DNA from: Chthonomonadales bacterium
GTDB lineage: Bacteria; Armatimonadota; Chthonomonadetes; Chthonomonadales; CAJBBX01
Assembly (NCBI GenBank): GCA_049967475.1
Contig: JBMFSQ010000003.1
Coordinates: 32,001-96,000, forward strand
Length of the DNA stretch: 64,000 nucleotides
Direction of reading: 5' to 3'
Shown here in pieces: positions 19,619 to 29,851 of this stretch. Positions within the stretch are counted from its first letter, which is position 1, and every line of letters starts with the position of its first letter. Under the pieces are notes generated by a model that searched no databases, was not told the DNA's origin, and worked only from the letters and a program-made list of their open reading frames with translations. The position numbers and the translations under genes were made by a program.

Positions 19619-20234
19619 TGCCCCGGGTGCAGAGGAGCGCCGGCTGCCGCTTAAGGGTACTTATGTTCCACCGGACACAGAAGCCGTAGACATCTTCCGG
19701 CTCCTCGATCAATTGGAGGAGCTTCCCGAGAAGGCCAAGCACCTGCCCTTCAACACGTTGGTTGGCTTTGATCAAGAGAAATTCTACTATTTGGTACTGA
19801 AGGTGCGGGCCAATCTGCCGGAGGACATGAAAAAGGCCTACCGCGTGGCCAAGGACTCCGAGCGCATCGTAGATGCAGCCCGCGGCGCCGCGGAGCAGGA
19901 ACTGGAGAACAGCCGGCTGGAAGCCGCCAGAGTGCGCGAAGCTGCCGAGGCCGATGCAGCCCGCATGTTGGACAATGCCCGCGCAGAAGCCCAGCGCATC
20001 GTCGAGCAGGCGCGATCGCAGGCCGCTGCCATGGTGGACCACAGCGAAGTGACGCGCATGGCCCAGGCTCAGGCCAAAGACATCCTGGCCCGTGCCGAGA
20101 CGGAAGCCAATGAGATCCGCAAAGGCGCAGACGATTACGCCAGGGACGTTCTATCCAGCATCGAAGGCGTCTTGAACCGAACAATCGCCACCGTTCAGCG
20201 CGGACGGGAGGTCCTGGAAAAGACGCGCCAATGA
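19572..20234 (+). CDS. Coiled-coil DivIVA/SepIVA-like protein commonly found between coaD and yceD (start uncertain)
   Basis: LLDQLEEL...LPEDMKKA followed by an Ala/Glu-rich coiled coil ending GADDYA; conserved position. Confidence 0.75.
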   Translation: MLDNAYERKSASNNGDAPGAEERRLPLKGTYVPPDTEAVDIFRLLDQLEELPEKAKHLPFNTLVGFDQEKFYYLVLKVRANLPEDMKKAYRVAKDSERIVDAARGAAEQELENSRLEAARVREAAEADAARMLDNARAEAQRIVEQARSQAAAMVDHSEVTRMAQAQAKDILARAETEANEIRKGADDYARDVLSSIEGVLNRTIATVQRGREVLEKTRQ

Positions 20235-20268
20235 GGGCTTCCGTGTCACTTAACAGAAAGTTACGCCG

Positions 20269-20817
20269 ATGAAGCTCGACCTTTCCGAGATTATCGCCCG
20301 CGTAGGCATGCATTATGCTTACCAGGTGGACGAGCCGGCTCTGGTGGATGAGGATCTCGAATGTACTTCCCGCATCACCGGCCGTCTCAACTTTACCAAT
20401 ACCGGCGGCCTCCTGTTGGTGCAAGGAGAGCTCCATACGCGAATTGCGCTGGAGTGCAGCCGCTGTCTGGTATACTTTGAGGAGCCGATTGATGCGCCGA
20501 TCAGCGAGCAGTTCACACTCGAAACGCGCTCCCTGGGGCCGCATAGCCGCGTGAGCCACGTGGTGGTTGAAGAAGACGAGAACCCATCGGCGGGCAGGCT
20601 CTTCAGCGGCAATGTGCTGGACCTAACGGAATTGCTTCGGCAAACCATCACCGTTGCGGCGCCGCTCCAGCCTTTGCATGACCCGCAATGCCGGGGGCTC
20701 TGCCCCGTTTGCGGTCAGGATCGCAATGAAGCGGAGTGTAGCTGCGAAAGCCAGGAAGTCAATCCGGCTTTTGCCAAGCTCCAAGAGCTGCTCAAAGGGC
20801 CTATTTCAGAAGGCTGA
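20269..20817 (+). CDS. yceD: DUF177/YceD-family protein
   Basis: CSRCL and CRGLCPVCG...C-x-C motifs; directly upstream of rpmF. Confidence 0.9.
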   Translation: MKLDLSEIIARVGMHYAYQVDEPALVDEDLECTSRITGRLNFTNTGGLLLVQGELHTRIALECSRCLVYFEEPIDAPISEQFTLETRSLGPHSRVSHVVVEEDENPSAGRLFSGNVLDLTELLRQTITVAAPLQPLHDPQCRGLCPVCGQDRNEAECSCESQEVNPAFAKLQELLKGPISEG

Positions 20818-20854
20818 ATACCCCTGCCCATGGGCGGGGCCATAAGGAGATGTT

Positions 20855-21052
20855 ATGCCGCTCCCCAAGCGACGTCATTCGAATATGCGCACCCGTTTGC
20901 GCAGAACACACTACCGCCTCCACCTGCCGGAAGTGGGCTCGTGCCCGCGATGCCACGCGCCACGTCAACCCTACCACGTGTGCCCTTCCTGCGGCTTCTA
21001 CAACGGCAGGCAGGTGATCGAAATCAAGAAGCACCATACTCCGGCCGAATAG
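20855..21052 (+). CDS. rpmF: 50S ribosomal protein L32 (zinc-binding C4 type)
   Basis: MPLPKRRHS, CPRC...HVCPSCGFY; AAGGAG RBS. Confidence 0.96.
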   Translation: MPLPKRRHSNMRTRLRRTHYRLHLPEVGSCPRCHAPRQPYHVCPSCGFYNGRQVIEIKKHHTPAE

Positions 21053-21074
21053 GCTGAACCGGGATGCGCCTGGC

Positions 21075-22151
21075 ATGATGCCATCACCAATGCGTATCGC
21101 TGTGGACGCAATGGGAGGCGATCTTGGGCCGGAGGAGGTGGTTCGCGGGGTTCTTCGGGCTGCCAGAGAAAGGCCTTACACTTCCCGCTTCATTCTGGTG
21201 GGCGATGAAGCCCGTATCCGCAAGGAACTCAGCCTCCATCGCAGCGTGCCGGAGAGCATTGTTGTTCGCCACTCCTCGCAGGTTATCGAGATGGGCGACA
21301 AGCCCCGCGAGGTGTACCGCAAAAAGCCCGATGCCTCTGTAGTCGTGGCCGCGCGCCTCGTGAAGGAAGCCGAGGCCGACGCCTTCCTTTCCATCGGGAA
21401 CAGCGGGGCGGCAATGGCTGCCGCGATCTTTGCCCTGCGGCCTCTTGCCGGCGTTGACCGGCCGGCTATCGCCACGGCCATCCCTTCCCTGCGAGATCCC
21501 GTTGTGCTGCTGGACGCCGGCGCCAATGTAGATTGTTCATCCCGGCAGCTTCTGGAATTCGCCATCATGGGGCAAGCCTACTCCCGCATCGTCCTGGGTA
21601 AGCCGACGCCTTCCGTTGCTCTCCTCTCCAACGGCGAAGAAGAAAACAAAGGCAATGAGCTGGTTCGCGATGCCCACAGGCTCTTCAAACAGATGGTTCG
21701 TCCCTTCTATGGCAACATCGAGGGCATGGACGTGTTCCGGGGCAAGGCAGACGTCGTCGTATGCGACGGCTTTGCCGGAAACGTGCTTCTCAAGACCGGA
21801 GAGGGAGTCGCCGAAATGGTCCTCAACATGGTGAAGCAGGAACTGAACCGTTACCGGTGGATGAAGCTTGCCCTACTTCCACTGAGGAAGAGCATACGTA
21901 ACTTGCGCAGCCGGATAGATTACCGGGAATTTGGAGGAGCACCCCTCCTTGGCGTCAATGGCGTGTGCATCATCGGCCATGGGCGGTCCGACGCAGTAGC
22001 CGTTGCCAACGCCATCCGAGTTGCGGAGACGGCTGTGCGCAACGGGCTCGTAGGCGAGATCGCCCGTTCTCTTCAAAGCCTAGCCGCGTCTTCGGAGGAC
22101 ACCCGGTACCCATTGGAGCAGGAAAGGCGACCAAATGGATCCGGGATGTAA
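21075..22151 (+). CDS. plsX: Phosphate acyltransferase PlsX
   Basis: IAVDAMGGD, LDAGANVD, VVCDGFAGN, GGAPLLGVNG...GHGRS. Confidence 0.96.
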   Translation: MMPSPMRIAVDAMGGDLGPEEVVRGVLRAARERPYTSRFILVGDEARIRKELSLHRSVPESIVVRHSSQVIEMGDKPREVYRKKPDASVVVAARLVKEAEADAFLSIGNSGAAMAAAIFALRPLAGVDRPAIATAIPSLRDPVVLLDAGANVDCSSRQLLEFAIMGQAYSRIVLGKPTPSVALLSNGEEENKGNELVRDAHRLFKQMVRPFYGNIEGMDVFRGKADVVVCDGFAGNVLLKTGEGVAEMVLNMVKQELNRYRWMKLALLPLRKSIRNLRSRIDYREFGGAPLLGVNGVCIIGHGRSDAVAVANAIRVAETAVRNGLVGEIARSLQSLAASSEDTRYPLEQERRPNGSGM

Positions 22152-23151
22152 CGCGGGGATCCTCGGTGTGGGAATGGCGCTCCCCGAGAGGATCCTCACG
22201 AATGCCGACCTCGAGCGCATGGTGGACACGTCGGACGAGTGGATCGTTACGCGCACGGGCATCAGGGAGCGGCGCATCGCGGGGCCCGAGGACAGTGCAG
22301 CCACTCTGGGCGAAGCTGCAGCTCGCCAAGCCCTGGACGATGCGGGCATCACACCTGAAGATCTGGATCTCATCATCTGTGCCACCACAACGGGTGACTA
22401 CCTGTTTCCGGCTACGGCGTGCCTTATCCAGCATGGGCTGGGCGCATCCAAGGCGGCGGCCTTCGACCTTTCCGCTGCGTGCGCCGGCTTTGTCTTTGCG
22501 CTGGAGAACGCGTCCCTCTTCGTTCGAACCGGGCGATGCCGCTATGCGCTGGTGATAGGCGCCGACACTCTTACTCGCTTCGTCAATTGGAAGGACCGCA
22601 GCACGTGTGTCCTCTTCGGTGATGGGGCGGCGGCAGCCGTTGTGGGGCCGTGCGCCGAGGACGAGGGCATTCTCGCTACGGCGTTGGGGACCGATGGTTC
22701 CGGCGCGGAGCAAATCTACATTCCCGCCGGCGGCGCAAGACGGCCTGTGGATTGTACCGTGCTTGCCCAGAAGCTCAACACGATCGCAATGAGGGGCGCC
22801 GAAGTCTTCAAGTTCGCCGTGAAGATCATGGGCGAGGCAGCTCTGGAAGCACTTCAGCTCGCTGGTCTCGAACCCGAGCAGGTAGATCTGTTCATACCGC
22901 ACCAGGCAAACATCCGCATCATAGATGCTGCAGCCAAGCGGATGGGTCTTCCTCCGGAAAAGGTGTTCGTGAATGTGGAGCGGTACGGCAACACGTCCGC
23001 TGCTTCCATCGGAATTGCTCTCAGGGAGGCGCTGGACCGCGGGCTGGTGCGGCGGGGGAGTGTGTTGGTGTTTGTCGGGTTCGGCGCCGGTCTCACCTGG
23101 GGAGCCAACGTGCTTCGGTGGAACCGCGATGAACAGCGGGGGCGCAGATGA
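22135..23151 (+). CDS. fabH: 3-oxoacyl-ACP synthase III
   Basis: WIVTRTGIRERR, AACAGF, PHQAN, GNTSAAS, GFGAGLTWG. Confidence 0.97.
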   Translation: MDPGCNAGILGVGMALPERILTNADLERMVDTSDEWIVTRTGIRERRIAGPEDSAATLGEAAARQALDDAGITPEDLDLIICATTTGDYLFPATACLIQHGLGASKAAAFDLSAACAGFVFALENASLFVRTGRCRYALVIGADTLTRFVNWKDRSTCVLFGDGAAAAVVGPCAEDEGILATALGTDGSGAEQIYIPAGGARRPVDCTVLAQKLNTIAMRGAEVFKFAVKIMGEAALEALQLAGLEPEQVDLFIPHQANIRIIDAAAKRMGLPPEKVFVNVERYGNTSAASIGIALREALDRGLVRRGSVLVFVGFGAGLTWGANVLRWNRDEQRGRR

Positions 23152-24095
23152 AGAAGAGTGCACTTCTGTTTCCGGGCCAGGGATCGCAGCGCACCGGTAT
23201 GGGGGCCGAATTTTACCGCCATTACCCGGAGGCGCGACGCCTTTTTGATGTGGCCGGTGAGATCTTGGGATATGACCTCGCCAATCTATGCTTTGAAGGA
23301 CCCGATGATAAGCTTCGTGACACGCTGTACGCGCAACCGGCTCTTTACGTAGTAAGCTGTGCCGGGCTGACAGCGCTGCAGTCTGTTTGCCGGGTGCAGC
23401 CGTTCGCTGTTGCCGGGCACTCTGTCGGCGAGTACGCAGCACTCTACGCCGCAGGCGCCATGGCTTTTGAGACCGGCTTACATCTGGTGCAACGGCGTGC
23501 GGAATTGATGCACGAGGCAGCGCGCCGGCGACCAGGCGCTATGGCGGCCATCCTTGGTATGGATGCGGAGGCGGTTGAGGGTGTGTGCCAAGAGGCAAGC
23601 GCCTCCGGCATCGTCGTTGTGGCCAATTACAATTGCCCCGGTCAAACCGTCATTTCTGGGGAGGCTGCTGCCGTTGAGGTTGCAGCCGCTTTGGCCCGCG
23701 AGCGCGGCGCTCGTCGTGTCGTGCCGCTGGCGGTGTCGGGCGGCTTCCACTCGCCACTTATGGTTCAAGCCGGGGATGCGCTCTACCCAGAATTGCGCCG
23801 CGCTATTCTCAAAGACACGAACGTTCCCGTCGTGATGAATGTCACGGCTGAGTATTGCCGTCACGGCGTGGACTTCGCGCCTTACCTTACAATGCAGGTA
23901 AGCGCTCCCGTGCGGTGGGAGGCTTCCATGAGGCGCCTCCTCGCCGATGGCGTGTCTCTGTTTGTGGAGGTGGGCGTAGGAGATGTGCTGGCGGGGCTTC
24001 TTCGCCGGACTGACAAAAGCGCACAAGCCGTAAGTGTTCAGGATGTTCGATCGCTTCAGGATGCAGCGGGTGTCGTCGCCGAGATTGCACCTTGA
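23148..24095 (+). CDS. fabD: Malonyl-CoA:ACP transacylase
   Basis: FPGQGSQ, GHSVGEY, SGGFHS. Confidence 0.97.
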   Translation: MKKSALLFPGQGSQRTGMGAEFYRHYPEARRLFDVAGEILGYDLANLCFEGPDDKLRDTLYAQPALYVVSCAGLTALQSVCRVQPFAVAGHSVGEYAALYAAGAMAFETGLHLVQRRAELMHEAARRRPGAMAAILGMDAEAVEGVCQEASASGIVVVANYNCPGQTVISGEAAAVEVAAALARERGARRVVPLAVSGGFHSPLMVQAGDALYPELRRAILKDTNVPVVMNVTAEYCRHGVDFAPYLTMQVSAPVRWEASMRRLLADGVSLFVEVGVGDVLAGLLRRTDKSAQAVSVQDVRSLQDAAGVVAEIAP

Positions 24096-24116
24096 CCGTT
24101 CAGAAAAGGAGTGTCT

Positions 24117-24869
24117 ATGAAACTCGAAGGACAGGTCGCTATCGTTACAGGTGCCGGCCGCGGAGGTCGGGGCATTGGGCGGAGCATCGCATTGGCCCTG
24201 GCTGGAGAGGGAGCACAAATAGCCGTTTCGGATTTCGTGGTGGAGAATGCGCAGGCCGTTGCCGAAGAGGTGCAGCGCACCACCGGGCAAAAGGCCGTGG
24301 CCATCGAAGGGAACGTTGCGGTTTGGCAAGACGTGGAGCGGCTCGTAGACCGGGTGATGCAGGAATTTGGGCGTCTCGATATCCTTGTGAACAATGCCGG
24401 TATCACCCGGGACAACCTCATCATTCGCATGAGCGAAGAGGAGTGGGATGCCGTGGTGGACAGTAATCTGAAGGGTACGTTTCTGTGCACCAAGGCGGCC
24501 TCGCGCGTCATGCTCAAGCAGAAGCGCGGGCGCATCGTCAACATCGCCAGCGTTATGGGCATCGTGGGGAATGCCGGACAGGCGAACTACTCGGCTTCCA
24601 AAGCGGGTATTATTGGCCTGACCAAAACGACGGCCAAGGAACTGGGGAGCCGGGGCATCACATGTAATGCCGTAGCGCCGGGCTTCATTCAAACGGTGAT
24701 GACCGATGCGCTTCCGCAAGAGCTGCGAGACCAGATGATGAAGCAGGTGCCGCTGGCGCGCCTGGGGACCCCCGAGGATGTCGCCGGCGTTGTTCTCTTC
24801 TTGTGCACCGATGCCGCGGCGTACGTTACAGGGCAAGTGATCTCTGTAGACGGCGGGCTGTTCATGTAG
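24117..24869 (+). CDS. fabG: 3-oxoacyl-ACP reductase
   Basis: NNAGITRD, YSASK, NAVAPGFI, VDGG; position in the fab operon. Confidence 0.96.
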   Translation: MKLEGQVAIVTGAGRGGRGIGRSIALALAGEGAQIAVSDFVVENAQAVAEEVQRTTGQKAVAIEGNVAVWQDVERLVDRVMQEFGRLDILVNNAGITRDNLIIRMSEEEWDAVVDSNLKGTFLCTKAASRVMLKQKRGRIVNIASVMGIVGNAGQANYSASKAGIIGLTKTTAKELGSRGITCNAVAPGFIQTVMTDALPQELRDQMMKQVPLARLGTPEDVAGVVLFLCTDAAAYVTGQVISVDGGLFM

Positions 24870-24947
24870 GGTAGAATGGGCGGGCGGCCGCGCATCCTGC
24901 GGGTTGCCGGCACCGCAAATGGCAATCATCCGACAAGGGAGGAGAGC

Positions 24948-25184
24948 ATGTCAACGTTTGAGCGCGTAAAGAAGGTGATCGTGGAGCAACTGGATGTGAG
25001 CCCTGAAGAGGTCACGCCGGAGGCATCCTTCGTGGAGGATTTGGGCGCGGACTCGCTGGATGTAGTGGAACTCGTCATGGGGCTTGAAGAGGAGTTCGAT
25101 ATCGAAATCCCCGATGACGACGCCGAGAAGATCACCCGCGTTCAGGACGCCGTGAAGTATATCGAGGAAAAGACCAAGGAATAG
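24948..25184 (+). CDS. acpP: Acyl carrier protein
   Basis: [20 protein letters not shown] before ATG 24948. Confidence 0.97.
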   Translation: MSTFERVKKVIVEQLDVSPEEVTPEASFVEDLGADSLDVVELVMGLEEEFDIEIPDDDAEKITRVQDAVKYIEEKTKE

Positions 25185-25190
25185 CGCCGT

Positions 25191-25237
25191 GCTGCCGGGG
25201 TCCGCGCTTGCGTTCTTGAAGCAGCCGCCCCGGCAGC
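25191..25237 (+). other. Intercistronic stem-loop between acpP and fabF
   Basis: Perfect 10-bp inverted repeat GCTGCCGGGG / CCCCGGCAGC. Confidence 0.5.
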
Positions 25238-25288
25238 CGTTACGTATGCATAGGAGGGCCGATGGGTTTGCGTAAAGAGGCGTCGGGG

Positions 25289-26524
25289 ATGAGGCGCGTG
25301 GTGGTTACGGGGATGGGCCTGGTGACGTCTCTGGGCGAACGCCTTGATGTATTCTGGCAGAACATCCTCCAGGGCAAGTCGGGGGTGTCGCCGATCGTGT
25401 CTTTCGACGCCTCGGGGTTTGCCACGCGCTTCGCAGCCGAAGTGGTGAACTTTGACCCTGAGGCCTACATGGAACGCAAAGAAGCCAGGCGGATGGACCG
25501 CTTTGTGCAGTTCGCCGTCGCCGCTTCCCGGATGGCCTTGGAAGATGCGAAGCTCGAGATCACCCCTGAAATCGCCGACCGGGTAGGGGTGCTCATCGGA
25601 AGCGGCATCGGCGGCATCCAGACTATGGAGCAGCAGTTCCGGGTACTCATCGAGCGTGGACCGGACCGCCTCAGCCCCTTCTTCATCCCCATGCTCATCT
25701 CCGACATGGCTGCCGGGCAGGTGTCCATCCTCTTTGGAGCGAAAGGGCCCAATTCCTGCGTGGTGACCGCCTGCGCCACAGGGACCATGGCATTGGGCGA
25801 CGCCTTCCATCTCATCGCCCGGGGAGATGCCGATGCCGTCATTGCGGGGGGAAGCGAGGCAGGCATTTCACCCATGGGCCTTGGAGGCTTCTGCGCAGCC
25901 AGGGCCCTTTCTACGCGCAACGACGATCCCCAGAGAGCCAGCCGGCCCTTCGACGCTACTCGGGACGGGTTCGTAATGGCCGAGGGAGCCGGTATCCTCG
26001 TTCTGGAGGAACTGGAGCACGCTCGGCAGCGGCACGCGCGTATCTATGCTGAAATCACCGGATATGGCATGTCGGGCGATGCATACCACATCACCGCGCC
26101 GGCTCCCGAAGGGGAAGGAGCCTTCAGGGCGATGCGGCGCGCGCTGGAGTGGGCGGGCATCACCCCAGCCGAGGTGGACTACATCAACGCCCACGGCACA
26201 TCAACAATCCCGAACGACAAGCTGGAAACGGCTGCCATCAAGAGGCTTTTTGGCGCTGACGCCTACCGCGTGGCGATTAGCTCCACAAAATCCATGACGG
26301 GGCACCTGTTGGGTGCAGCGGGCGCGGTGGAAGCGATCATCAGCATCCTCGCAATCCGGGACCAAGTCGCCCCGCCAACGATCAACTATGAGACGCCGGA
26401 TCCGGAATGTGATCTGGATTATGTGCCCAACGTCGCTCGGCCCATGCCCATCCGCACGGTAATGTCCAATTCCTTCGGTTTCGGAGGGCACAACGCAACC
26501 CTTGTTCTTCGATCGTACGATTAG
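25289..26524 (+). CDS. fabF: 3-oxoacyl-ACP synthase II
   Basis: [40 protein letters not shown]. Confidence 0.97.
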   Translation: MRRVVVTGMGLVTSLGERLDVFWQNILQGKSGVSPIVSFDASGFATRFAAEVVNFDPEAYMERKEARRMDRFVQFAVAASRMALEDAKLEITPEIADRVGVLIGSGIGGIQTMEQQFRVLIERGPDRLSPFFIPMLISDMAAGQVSILFGAKGPNSCVVTACATGTMALGDAFHLIARGDADAVIAGGSEAGISPMGLGGFCAARALSTRNDDPQRASRPFDATRDGFVMAEGAGILVLEELEHARQRHARIYAEITGYGMSGDAYHITAPAPEGEGAFRAMRRALEWAGITPAEVDYINAHGTSTIPNDKLETAAIKRLFGADAYRVAISSTKSMTGHLLGAAGAVEAIISILAIRDQVAPPTINYETPDPECDLDYVPNVARPMPIRTVMSNSFGFGGHNATLVLRSYD

Positions 26525-26611
26525 GGCTGGGGCGCGCAGCGCCTTGCGGGTTCTTGCTGTATGTCGGGAGGCGGTAGGCTTATCGGCTCCCGCAGAAGAT
26601 GGGAGGTCGGC

Positions 26612-27304
26612 GTGAGGGAGGCTGACACGCTGGATGTGCTGCAGGCGAACCTCCAAGTGAATTTCCGCGATCTTGAACTGCTGAAACAGTCCCTCCGGCA
26701 CCGTTCGGCTTCTGCAGAGACCGGCGAGGAGAGCAACGAACGATTGGAGTTTTTGGGCGACGCCGTCCTTGGGTTTCTCGTGTCCGATCTGCTGGTGTCG
26801 CGCTTCCCTCAGGCGAGCGAGGGCACGCTTGCCAAAGCCAAGGCGTATCTGGTAAGTGAAGAATGTCTGGCCGAGACCGCTCGTGCGCTGGGCGTAGATA
26901 GCGCCCTTCAACTCAGTAGCGCCGAGGATGCTTCGGGCGGAAGGACCCGGTCCTCGATCCTTGCGGATGCCATGGAGGCCGTGATCGCGGCGATTTACCT
27001 CGATGCAGGCTTGCGTACCGCACGGCGTGTGGTGCGCCGGTTGCTGGCCGAGCGATTGAAGCAACTGGAGGAAGGCGGATATCAGGGGGACTACAAATCG
27101 CGCCTCCAAGAGCGTGTCCAAGCCCAGTACGGGGAATTGCCGGAATACCGCATCGTGTCTACAGAAGGCCGAGATCACGATAAGACCTTTACAGCTCAGG
27201 TACTCATCACCGGCTGCTTGTCTGGTCAAGGAACGGGCAAGAGTAAGAAGCAGGCCGAACAGGCTGCAGCAAAGGATGCTCTAGACAAACTCGAAGAGTG
27301 TTGA
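26612..27304 (+). CDS. rnc: Ribonuclease III
   Basis: NERLEFLGDAVL signature and C-terminal dsRBD (SKKQAEQAAA); GGGAGG before GTG 26612. Confidence 0.96.
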   Translation: MREADTLDVLQANLQVNFRDLELLKQSLRHRSASAETGEESNERLEFLGDAVLGFLVSDLLVSRFPQASEGTLAKAKAYLVSEECLAETARALGVDSALQLSSAEDASGGRTRSSILADAMEAVIAAIYLDAGLRTARRVVRRLLAERLKQLEEGGYQGDYKSRLQERVQAQYGELPEYRIVSTEGRDHDKTFTAQVLITGCLSGQGTGKSKKQAEQAAAKDALDKLEEC

Positions 27305-27353
27305 TGCCTGCTTTACAGCCGATACGGCTGGAGGCAGGTTCGGAGAATACACA

Positions 27354-28166
27354 ATGAGTACACAACCTGTCGCCATGATCGGCGTCATCGGCGGAAGTGG
27401 CTTCTATAGCCTGCTGGACAACGTGGAAGAGGTTGCCGTCACTACTCCCTATGGAGATCCAAGCGACCACGTATTCCTGGCTCCGGTGGGGGACCGTACC
27501 GTAGCCTTTCTACCCCGCCACGGCCGACGCCATACGATCCCTCCGCACAAAATCAACTATCGCGCCAACATCTGGGCGCTCAAATCCCTGGGAGTAGAGT
27601 ACTTGGTAAGCCCGTGCGCGGCGGGCAGCCTCCAGCCCCACATCAAACCCGGCGATTTCGTGGTGTGCGACCAATACGTAGATCGCACCCGGAACCGCAT
27701 AGATACCTTCTTTGACGGTCCCGATGTATACCATGTAAGCCCTGCAGAACCTTACTGCCCGCACCTGCGCCTTCTGGCTATCGAGACGATCCGGGAACAC
27801 GGCATCACTGTCCATGAACGAGGCACGGTGGTTGTGATCAACGGGCCGCGCTTCTCCACACAGGCGGAGTCCAAATGGTTCGCCGATCAGGGGTGGGAAG
27901 TGATCAGCATGACGCAATACCCTGAAGCCTACCTGGCGTTGGAACAACAGATGGCCGTCGTGAACATCTCGGTCATCACGGACTACGACAGCGCCATCTT
28001 CGCATCTGGGATCATTCCTCCCGTAACCGCCGCGCAGGTATTCGAGGTCTTTCGGCAGAACTCTCAACGCATCCGGGAAGTCGTCTTGGACCTGGTTCGG
28101 CGCATCCCGCTAGACCTCCAGAGCCCGTGCCATTGTACTTTGCAGAACGCAAAGGTCAATCCCTGA
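27354..28166 (+). CDS. mtnP: S-methyl-5'-thioadenosine phosphorylase
   Basis: GVIGGSG, TPYGDPS, RHG...PPHKINYRANI, GPRFST, TDYD; adjacent to mtnA. Confidence 0.92.
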   Translation: MSTQPVAMIGVIGGSGFYSLLDNVEEVAVTTPYGDPSDHVFLAPVGDRTVAFLPRHGRRHTIPPHKINYRANIWALKSLGVEYLVSPCAAGSLQPHIKPGDFVVCDQYVDRTRNRIDTFFDGPDVYHVSPAEPYCPHLRLLAIETIREHGITVHERGTVVVINGPRFSTQAESKWFADQGWEVISMTQYPEAYLALEQQMAVVNISVITDYDSAIFASGIIPPVTAAQVFEVFRQNSQRIREVVLDLVRRIPLDLQSPCHCTLQNAKVNP

Positions 28167-28210
28167 ATGTGCATCCTTCGTGCTCGGAGGAGCAATGGGA
28201 AGGGCGTGCA

Positions 28211-29311
28211 ATGACGGCCGGAGATGAGCCGCTCATGACGGTGGCCTGGACGGGCCGGAGCGTTCGGCTCGTGGACCAGACGCTGTTGCCGGAGCGGCTG
28301 GAGTACCGCGAATACGAGCAGTGGCGCGATGTGGCCGACGCCATCCGTTCCATGGTGGTGCGCGGAGCCCCGGCCATCGGGTGCACAGCGGCCCTTGGGT
28401 TGGCGCTGGCAGGCCGGAATGCTCAGGCATCCTCTCGGGCGGCCTTCGAAGCGGAGATGGAAGCCGCGGCGGCCGTGTTCCGGTCTGCCCGCCCGACAGC
28501 AGTGAACTTGTTCTGGGCTGTAGACCGGATCATGGATGTGGTACGCCGTAGCCCAGGGAACGTGGACGACGTGCGGGGCGCCATGCTGGCCGAGGCGCTT
28601 CAGATGCTTCACGAGGACGTGTCCACAAATCGTGCCTTGGGACGCCATGGCGCCTCCCTTCTGCGGGATGGCGACACGGTGCTTACGCATTGCAACGCAG
28701 GTGCACTGGCGTGCGTAGGCTACGGAACCGCCCTCGGCGTGATCCGCGCCGCTCGTGAGGCCGGAAAGCACATTAAGGTTCTGGCGGATGAGACGCGCCC
28801 GCGGTTGCAGGGGATGAAGCTTACCGCGTGGGAACTTCACCGGGAAGGGATCCCGGTGACGGTTATCGCCGATAACATGGCCGCCTCCCTCATGCGGGCG
28901 GGGCAAGTGTCTTGCGTGATAGTAGGGGCCGATCGCATCGCAGCCAATGGGGACACTGCCAACAAGATCGGGACCTATGGCTTGGCCGTATTATCTCGGC
29001 ACCATTCCATTCCTTTCTACGTAGCGGCACCGATCTCCACAGTAGATTTCACCTTGGATACCGGGGCCCGCATCCCAATCGAACAGCGTCCGGCTGAAGA
29101 GGTGACGCATATCAACGGGGTGCGCATTGCCCCGGAGGGCGTGGGTGTGCTGAACCCGGCCTTCGACGTAACGCCGCACGAACTCATAACCGCCATCATT
29201 ACGGAAGAGGGTGTGGCATACCCTCCGTTTGCGTCCACCCTGGCGGAAGCCTTGGCGCGCCAACAGACACGCCGTCGCAAGGAGCAGACACGTGAGCGAA
29301 CTTCTAGCTGA
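28211..29311 (+). CDS. mtnA: Methylthioribose-1-phosphate isomerase
   Basis: [44 protein letters not shown]. Confidence 0.96.
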   Translation: MTAGDEPLMTVAWTGRSVRLVDQTLLPERLEYREYEQWRDVADAIRSMVVRGAPAIGCTAALGLALAGRNAQASSRAAFEAEMEAAAAVFRSARPTAVNLFWAVDRIMDVVRRSPGNVDDVRGAMLAEALQMLHEDVSTNRALGRHGASLLRDGDTVLTHCNAGALACVGYGTALGVIRAAREAGKHIKVLADETRPRLQGMKLTAWELHREGIPVTVIADNMAASLMRAGQVSCVIVGADRIAANGDTANKIGTYGLAVLSRHHSIPFYVAAPISTVDFTLDTGARIPIEQRPAEEVTHINGVRIAPEGVGVLNPAFDVTPHELITAIITEEGVAYPPFASTLAEALARQQTRRRKEQTRERTSS

Positions 29312-29816
29312 ACAACTGATACGCGACGTTCCGGACTTTCCGAAGCCCGGCATCCTCTTCAAGGACATCACGCCCGTGCTCGCGAGCTACCCTGCGATGC
29401 GGCAGATAATTGACGCCATCGTGGAGTACGCCCGGCCCATGAACCCCGATGTGGTGGTAGGGATCGAGTCCCGGGGCTTCGTTCTGGGGATGCCCGTGGC
29501 CATGGCTCTGGAAGTCGGCTTCGTTCCGGTGCGCAAGCTCGGAAAGCTCCCGGCGAAGACCATCTCGGAGGAGTATGCCCTGGAGTACGGAACCAATACC
29601 GTTGAGATGCACGCTGATGCCATACAGCCCGGGGCTCGGGCGCTGATCGTAGATGATCTGCTTGCCACCGGAGGCACTGCGGCTGCCTCAGCGCGCCTTG
29701 TGGAGCGGCTGGGCGGCACGGTGTGCGGCTTTGCCTTCCTGATCGAACTGGCGTTTCTCCACGGGCGCCGGGTGCTCTCGGGTTATGATGTGAAGGCGCT
29801 GATCCGGTACGACTAG
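29292..29816 (+). CDS. apt: Adenine phosphoribosyltransferase
   Basis: [36 protein letters not shown]. Confidence 0.96.
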   Translation: MSELLAEQLIRDVPDFPKPGILFKDITPVLASYPAMRQIIDAIVEYARPMNPDVVVGIESRGFVLGMPVAMALEVGFVPVRKLGKLPAKTISEEYALEYGTNTVEMHADAIQPGARALIVDDLLATGGTAAASARLVERLGGTVCGFAFLIELAFLHGRRVLSGYDVKALIRYD

Positions 29817-29851
29817 GCGGGCGTACCGATCCTTTATAGGCACATCGAAGG

